Virus record (IMG/VR): IMGVR_UViG_2541046997_000001
Span: 1 to 35,306 of that record
DNA: 35,306 bases
From: a virus
Taxonomy: Duplodnaviria > Heunggongvirae > Uroviricota > Caudoviricetes
Strand: one strand, 5' to 3'
The position numbers and the translations under genes were made by a program. The notes under the pieces were generated by a model, which was not told the origin of the DNA, did no database searches, and saw only the letters and a list, made by a program, of their open reading frames with translations. Below, in pieces: positions 29,994-35,306 of this stretch (position 1 is the stretch's first letter; every line of letters begins with the position of its first letter).

Positions 29994-30635
29994 TGTTTTT
30001 GTGTAAATTTTCTCATATCACTGGAACCAAACAGCATTAGAGATTTGCTGCTAGAAAATAATCCGAAGATTATATTGGTTACGGCACTCCAGATTTTGCC
30101 GGAAGTTTTAAAAGCATATATCTATGCCACACATGGTACTGACAGTCTATGTTAAGTCAGATTGCCAGTAACGTATTACTAAAACTTTTCTAAATCGCAA
30201 TACGCACTATGCCTTAAAAGAAGAATAGCATTTATGGCAGTTATTCTCTCCGAGGATGGGTATGTCTCTGGGGATACTATCTGTTAATGACCTTCATTAT
30301 ATACGCCAAAAGAATTAACTCAGATATTGTCCTGCTCGTTGTCCTTTATATTCTTACTTAGATGTCTTAACATTTTCATATTAATATTCATATAAGAACA
30401 AATCATTTATTTGGGTTTCCCTACCTACTGTTATGGGTATGATTTGCAAAATAAGATTTCAAGCATTTACTCCTCTATGGGTCAAAACCATAATAAATAT
30501 ATGGAACTCACCATGCTCCGCCACTTGATATTACAATGCCATAATATTGTAAATCTTATGTCGGCTAGACTCATATATAATATAGGAATATTTTACTTAT
30601 TTTATTATATATGTAACCCTGTGTTTTATAGGTTA

Positions 30636-32576
30636 ATCTAAGTTTTTAAAAAATGCAAAAGCTCCTCCCCCAATTGAAAGCACTCCAAGTGGTGATACTG
30701 CTTTTACCAATCCGTCAAATCCTTTAACTAACTGATTAATTAGTTGAACTGCGGATGTAATTTGTCCTGCATCTGCAAAGTTTGAAATAAATTGTTGCCA
30801 AGAGTTAGAAAGTTGATTTAAGCTTCCTTTCCAGTTATTTGCTGACTTTTCTGCTTCAATGGCTGCACTACCTGATCCTTCAGAATAATCTTTTAGCATT
30901 TTGTCATAATCTTGCTGACCTGAAAGAATGGATGCGAGAACATTGGCATGATGTTTTTGACCGATATTATTTAAAATATCTGCTTTTTCGGTCGATCCGT
31001 CTGGTAAAGCATTATATACATCAGACAATTCTTTTAGTAATTCGATAGGTGTTTTTAAATATTCTGAATCCCCTACCATTTTTGTCATTGAAATCCCAAC
31101 ATTATCTAAAGTGCTTACAACTTTATCGTTGGAAGTATTTGTTAAGTTGACAAATAAGGCTTTTAATGCGGTTCCAATTTCGTTCCCCGATTTTTTTGTT
31201 CTCGAGACAGCTGTGCCGACCAAAGCGGATAATTCGTTTACAGAAACACCTGTTTGCGCCGCCATAGAACCTGCCTGAGTCGTAGCTTCTGCAAGATCTG
31301 TCATTGAAACGCTGTTCCTGTTACTTATCATATTTTGTCCGTCAAGTACATCGTTCAATTTCTGAGCAGAGCCTGCATATTCGTAAGCAGCATTAGTAGC
31401 CAGTAGATAACTATTAGCCGTGTCAGCATTCATATCACCGGCAGCTTGTGCCAACACTGACACATTTGCCATATCAACTCCCTGCTGTCCATAAAATCCG
31501 CTTCGGCTCATTTCTGTAACACCTTGTAAATAATCGGTTACAGTTTTACCATAATTACTTGCATATCCATAAGCATCTTGCCTTAACTGTTTTAGAGAAG
31601 AAGATGATAAATCAGATGTTTTAGAAATTTCAGTAAGAATGTCATCAACTTGTTTAAGCCGTTCAATTGATTGTGATATTGAGTCAATACCTCTTTCAAT
31701 CACGCCGTATGTAGTTGCAAACTGTGCGATTTGCTTAAAACCCCTACCCAACTCATTGAGTACAGATCGACCGGTGACTCCTTCGGCTTCTGCACGAGCT
31801 TTGACAAGAGCGACTTGTTTATTTAAATCATTTAATTGCCATTTACTAGTCGCCTCTTGTTGTAATTTTGCTAGTTGTTGCAATTCCTGACGGTACGCTT
31901 TTGTAAGCTTTGTATTTTTTTCTACAAATGAAATAGTTTTTTGACTTGCAATCAGACCTTCATTATGTTTTAATAATCCGCTTTGTGAATTCGCTGCAAT
32001 CTTAGTTTCGTTATTACATTTTTCAATTGCTTTCTGAAGCCTATTGTAATCTTCAATAACGTCACTAATATTGCTGTTACTTTTTAAATTAAAACTATCA
32101 TCAAAATTACCTTTGAGTTTCTCTGACAGATTATTTACATTTTTTAAAGATGACTCTAAATTTTTAAATTCACTACCATCTAAGCTATATTCAAGATTTT
32201 TAATTTGCTTACCTAAATTAGAAACGTCCAAATCTAATTTGCTTGTTGATAATTTTCTTTGAATACTTTGTATAGTTTGTTCTGTTTGTTTGGCGGCATT
32301 TGCCTGTGCTTTACTTAAATCAAAGTCAAAACTAATTTTATTTTTCTTATTACTAACAGACGATTGAAAACTACTTGAAAATTTTCTTCCAGCTGACGAC
32401 CCGGATCGTTCAATGTCCTTTATTAAATTGGGAATGCTAGAAGCATTAAATTTCGCATCATCTATTCCAAGTTTAATGGTGTGTTCTTTTGCCGTTAATT
32501 TGTCCAGCTTCGCCTGTGCAGCATCTAGCGCAGAATCCTGAACTTTTGCAACGACATCAACTTCGTATTGACTCAT
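30636..32576 (-). CDS. Tape measure protein, exon 1 (TP901-family core)
   Basis: GAAAGGAG RBS. 'VDDILTEISKTSD..EMSRSG..GNEIGTALK..GSAAIEAEKSANNWKGSLNQLSNSW'. The TAA that ends the ORF is the first codon of predicted intron A. Confidence 0.92.
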
Positions 32577-32607
32577 GTTTTATAAATCACTCCTTTCATT
32601 TTTGAGC

Positions 32608-32635
32608 AAAATAAAAGCCCTCATGAAAGAGAGCA
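32608..32635 (-). terminator. Intrinsic terminator-like hairpin directly upstream of the TMP start
   Basis: GCUCUC-uuucau-GAGGGC-UUUUAUUUU. Confidence 0.55.
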
Positions 32636-32924
32636 TCAGTAGAAAACTGTATTTATTTTTTGGAAATGTTTGATATAATGTAAATGGGTATATGTCGATT
32701 GGATCCACCACAGCCAATCCGTTGTCACGGGTATGTATCTGGCAGTCTGTCTTAATAAGCTCCTGTGGGAGCATACGCGATATGTATGCAAAATGATATA
32801 AATAGTGCATATGCACTAGAAAGTCGAAGGTATTATCTTATGCTTGAGCAATCGGCATTCTATATGAGGGTCTCTCATGAAAACTTCCTTTCTGGCACAT
32901 TATTGTACAGAAGGGAGGTGAAAT

Positions 32925-33095
32925 GTGACACAGATTATAATTTTAAGTTTACTTATAATATTGACAATTCTTGCAATTATTTTATTGGTTGTAGTTAAGA
33001 TGTTATTTAGCCGTAATATAAAAACTACACAATGTAATTTCAAGATTCTCAATTGGATTAAATTTAATTTCTCTGTTTCATATTTTAATGAATAA
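32925..33095 (+). CDS. Small membrane protein (56 aa), moron 2
   Basis: GTG start, MTQIIILSLLIILTILAIILLVVVKMLFSRNIK... The GGGAGG RBS lies within a 12-bp hairpin. Not in the ORF track. Confidence 0.65.
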   Translation: MTQIIILSLLIILTILAIILLVVVKMLFSRNIKTTQCNFKILNWIKFNFSVSYFNE

Positions 33096-33152
33096 TTCTT
33101 ATATATAACTTCTTCTTAATTTGTGTGTATCATCCATTATTTATCATCGTCA

Positions 33153-33184
33153 TTTTACCCGGAGAGTAGTATCTCCGGGGTTTT
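33153..33184. terminator. Bidirectional terminator-like hairpin
   Basis: CCCGGAGA-gtagta-TCTCCGGG-GTTTT between convergent genes. Confidence 0.65.
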
Positions 33185-33189
33185 CTATA

Positions 33190-33591
33190 TCACTTTAAGA
33201 ATTTCGCCATATTTCTGTCCACAATTTCCGGAATTGCATTTCTTGTTGCCTCAAAATATCTATGGTTCCCCAATGTATGTCCGATTGCCCCCGTTTCTGT
33301 CGCCTCAATTACTTGTGCACCTGTATACGTTCCAGTATGATAAGAAATACTTTCTTCCATTTCTGCTTTAAATTTAAACAAATTCCCTCCACCAGAAACA
33401 GGAGTAGTATTAGGCGATTCTAACAACGTTCCTGTTCTCTCGTATTTTACAGGGTTTCCAATATCATAATATCCCATTACATTATCTTCTAATTTTACTT
33501 TGACTTCATCTCTTGCAGCATTCATTCCTGCACGAACATCTTTTTCCATCAATTTTTTAACTTCCAAAAAACTAGATACTTTTTTTGCCAT
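33190..33591 (-). CDS. Hypothetical phage protein upstream of TMP
   Basis: 133-aa ORF with AGGTG RBS and a 'P.KYERTG.LL' motif. Function not assigned. Confidence 0.65.
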   Translation of the reverse strand: MAKKVSSFLEVKKLMEKDVRAGMNAARDEVKVKLEDNVMGYYDIGNPVKYERTGTLLESPNTTPVSGGGNLFKFKAEMEESISYHTGTYTGAQVIEATETGAIGHTLGNHRYFEATRNAIPEIVDRNMAKFLK

Positions 33592-33602
33592 AAAACACCT
33601 AT

Positions 33603-34262
33603 TTAATTAGGAAGATTTTCACCAGTAGAATGAATTACCAATGCTCTCTCAAGCACCTGTCTGGCTTTATCATCTCCGACAATCTTAGAAAATTCTCGAA
33701 TCTGCTCATTCTTTACATCTAAAACTTCCTTGTCTTTTTCTTTTTTAAAGTCACTCTGCAAAAATGAGTTCACTAAATTATCTGCCGTAAGTCCTGATTC
33801 ATTAAACTTCTTCATAAACTCATTAATCTCATTTGGTTTTAATTGATCAAGAAAAGAAGTAATGCCAGTGGATAATGCATCTAAAAGATTTGAAAGTGAA
33901 TCTTTTTTATTAGATAAATCATTCAAATATTTTTGTTTCATAAATTCGACCTTGTCAATTACATTATCTTCGATATATGTAATAGTTGATAGATTTTCTT
34001 TTCCAAACACTTTGATTAAATCCATTACTTCATCATCTTCTGAAATAGAAGAGTAGATGTATTCGCCCTCATCAAATTCTAATCCTTCGAAGAAATATTT
34101 TACATATGCTTCCATAGTTGCGATTCCATAAAAGTATGGGGTATAATCATCAATATATCCGTCATCGTCAAAAGAAAAATAACTTGCCACAATATATTCA
34201 ATGGCATTAATTTTATCTGCAAAAGAAATGTTTTCTTTAATTTTCATATTTGTTTTTCTCAT
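33603..34262 (-). CDS. Hypothetical acidic protein, possible tail assembly chaperone
   Basis: 219 aa with AAGGAG RBS. The function is inferred from position only. Confidence 0.55.
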   Translation of the reverse strand: MRKTNMKIKENISFADKINAIEYIVASYFSFDDDGYIDDYTPYFYGIATMEAYVKYFFEGLEFDEGEYIYSSISEDDEVMDLIKVFGKENLSTITYIEDNVIDKVEFMKQKYLNDLSNKKDSLSNLLDALSTGITSFLDQLKPNEINEFMKKFNESGLTADNLVNSFLQSDFKKEKDKEVLDVKNEQIREFSKIVGDDKARQVLERALVIHSTGENLPN

Positions 34263-34299
34263 GTTTTTAAATCTCCTTTAAAATAAAATTATAAACTTT

Positions 34300-34344
34300 G
34301 AACAAATGTTCCGACTTCCAAAATCTTCCTGAAGGTGATACACT
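34300..34344 (+). promoter_or_regulatory. LexA (Cheo) box plus promoter of moron 3
   Basis: Perfect GAAC-AAAT-GTTC at 34300-34311, then TTCCAA-17 nt-TACACT with an extended TG. Confidence 0.6.
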
Positions 34345-34536
34345 ATATTCATGTAGGAAGCCGCGAGCGCAACCGCGGCTGTTGCGCTCCTACAAAAAAT
34401 AATCACCATGACCAGGTTATAATAGGTCAGAAAGTAAGGTGTATAACAATCAGAAGTTTTTACAATTCTGAGCGATCTGCTCATTCTGATTTCCCCATGA
34501 CAATAGATGATTCTTTCATCAGAGGGGAGGTAAAGA

Positions 34537-34731
34537 GTGCATTCAGATCGAAAAAACAAATTCCGGTTTTCAAAACTTGCAATTGTTTCTACATTTATAT
34601 CAGTGACAAGTATCGCTATTGTCTATCTGATATTATGCAACCATCCTAAATCACTTAATGCATTAGTTGATTTTAAAAATGGTTGTATTGAAGTGAGTTG
34701 TGATTTTGAAAGTCAGAAAAATACGAAGTGA
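34537..34731 (+). CDS. Small membrane protein (64 aa), moron 3
   Basis: GGGGAGG RBS, GTG start, one transmembrane segment and a long GC-richer leader. Confidence 0.6.
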   Translation: MHSDRKNKFRFSKLAIVSTFISVTSIAIVYLILCNHPKSLNALVDFKNGCIEVSCDFESQKNTK

Positions 34732-34914
34732 TAAGATTCGTATATTTTACATGGCAGTGCTTATCACGCTGCCAAAACTTATAGTATAGTGTTACTATTT
34801 TAGTCACTATATCTTTTAATTCTCTTTATGTTCTCAAATGAAAACGAAATTTTATTTTTACATCAAAAAAGAGCCGACATAAATCGACTCTTAAATACAT
34901 TTTTATTTCGTTCA

Positions 34915-35223
34915 TTATTCAGAAACAGTAGTAGTGTTTTCTTTTGCGGTTTCCCCAATAAGTAATTCTCTTATTTCATCCAAACTGTACTCTGATTCGG
35001 AAATTAATTCAGCTATTTCTCTTGTGCGAATAACTTTTTCTTGTTCTTTCTTCCATTCCTCATAAGCAATTTTATCACGTTCTAATTTTTTCAATTCTGC
35101 TTTTTTATCTTTAATTTGTATTTTTATAACATTTGCTTTTTGAGAAAGGACTTCGAGTTCCTCTTGCGCTTTTGTAATCGCTTCATCATAATTAATTTCG
35201 ACAATTTTTTTAGGTCTAGCCAT
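34915..35223 (-). CDS. Hypothetical coiled-coil protein
   Basis: 102 aa with AGGAGG RBS. Confidence 0.65.
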   Translation of the reverse strand: MARPKKIVEINYDEAITKAQEELEVLSQKANVIKIQIKDKKAELKKLERDKIAYEEWKKEQEKVIRTREIAELISESEYSLDEIRELLIGETAKENTTTVSE

Positions 35224-35306
35224 AATCTATTCCCTCCTATTTAATTTGATAATTTTACATTATCACAAAATAGAAGAGTAGTAAATAGAATATATTATTT
35301 TAATTA

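Larger units (their letters stand above)
25477..30635 (-). ncRNA. Giant group I-like intron A (5159 nt) in TMP; ribozyme core about 30635-30115, multi-gene cargo about 30000-25500
   Basis: P1 UUAGAU/GUCUAG with U.G. IGS AUGA pairs the 3' exon UCAU. P3 GAGGA/UCCUC, P4 UGCUUG/CGAGCA, P6 GGA/UCC, P8 AGAAUA/UAUUCU, P9 CGUAUUGC/GUAAUACG. Long-range duplex 30117-30133 with 25478-25493. Terminal G at 25477. In-frame junction FFKNLD|SLKEIG. P7 is non-canonical. Confidence 0.72.

Noticed and set aside
25478-30133. Invertible DNA segment bounded by the imperfect inverted repeat
   Set aside because: No recombinase in the window. The imperfections include a G.U-compatible change and a bulge, and the arm abuts an in-frame G|exon boundary, which fits RNA pairing better. 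Not formally excluded.
30411-30641. ORFs 30411..30641, 21402..21590 and 28734..28937
   Set aside because: They overlap structured RNA (intron cores or antitoxin repeats) on the opposite strand and are likely spurious.
760-32262. Many short ORFs antisense to or nested in structural genes (e.g. 760..966, 21791..22351, 31639..31890)
   Set aside because: Shadow frames of long coding genes, with no RBS or motif support noticed.
15606-32576. TMP fragmentation by stop-codon reassignment, frameshifting, inteins or pseudogenisation
   Set aside because: Other genes are intact in the standard code. The gaps are kb-long with group I signatures and exact in-frame junctions, and I saw no intein motifs.
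32765-32998. 77-aa ORF from the track, and likewise 34335..34649
   Set aside because: The strong RBSs point to different frames (32925 and 34537); these calls span the structured leaders.

Overview
AT-rich segment of a large, probably temperate Firmicutes (Clostridia-like) siphophage or prophage. It holds the tail morphogenesis module on the minus strand: two upstream structural or chaperone-like genes, tape measure protein (TMP), distal tail, Tal-like hub, several minor tail genes and a receptor-binding gene. The main result is that the four TMP-like ORFs read as four exons of one gene (32576-30636, 25476-21595, 20132-18337, 17007-15606; 9021 nt, 3006 aa after splicing), separated by three group I or group I-like introns. 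Intron B (1462 nt) is canonical and carries a homing-endonuclease-like ORF. Intron C (1329 nt) is canonical but carries a small-protein/GNAT pair in P8 instead of an endonuclease. Intron A is predicted at 5159 nt. It has a compact ribozyme core with a non-canonical P7, and a ~16-bp long-range duplex would bring in a 3' splice site ~4.6 kb away. The looped-out region holds about nine cargo genes on both strands, including a complete type III (TenpIN-like) toxin-antitoxin system. Three antisense morons with structured leaders and small membrane proteins (type I toxin-like) and two LexA-like boxes also interrupt the operon. All structure and splicing calls come from reading base-pairing and reading frames by eye; none has been computed or tested.
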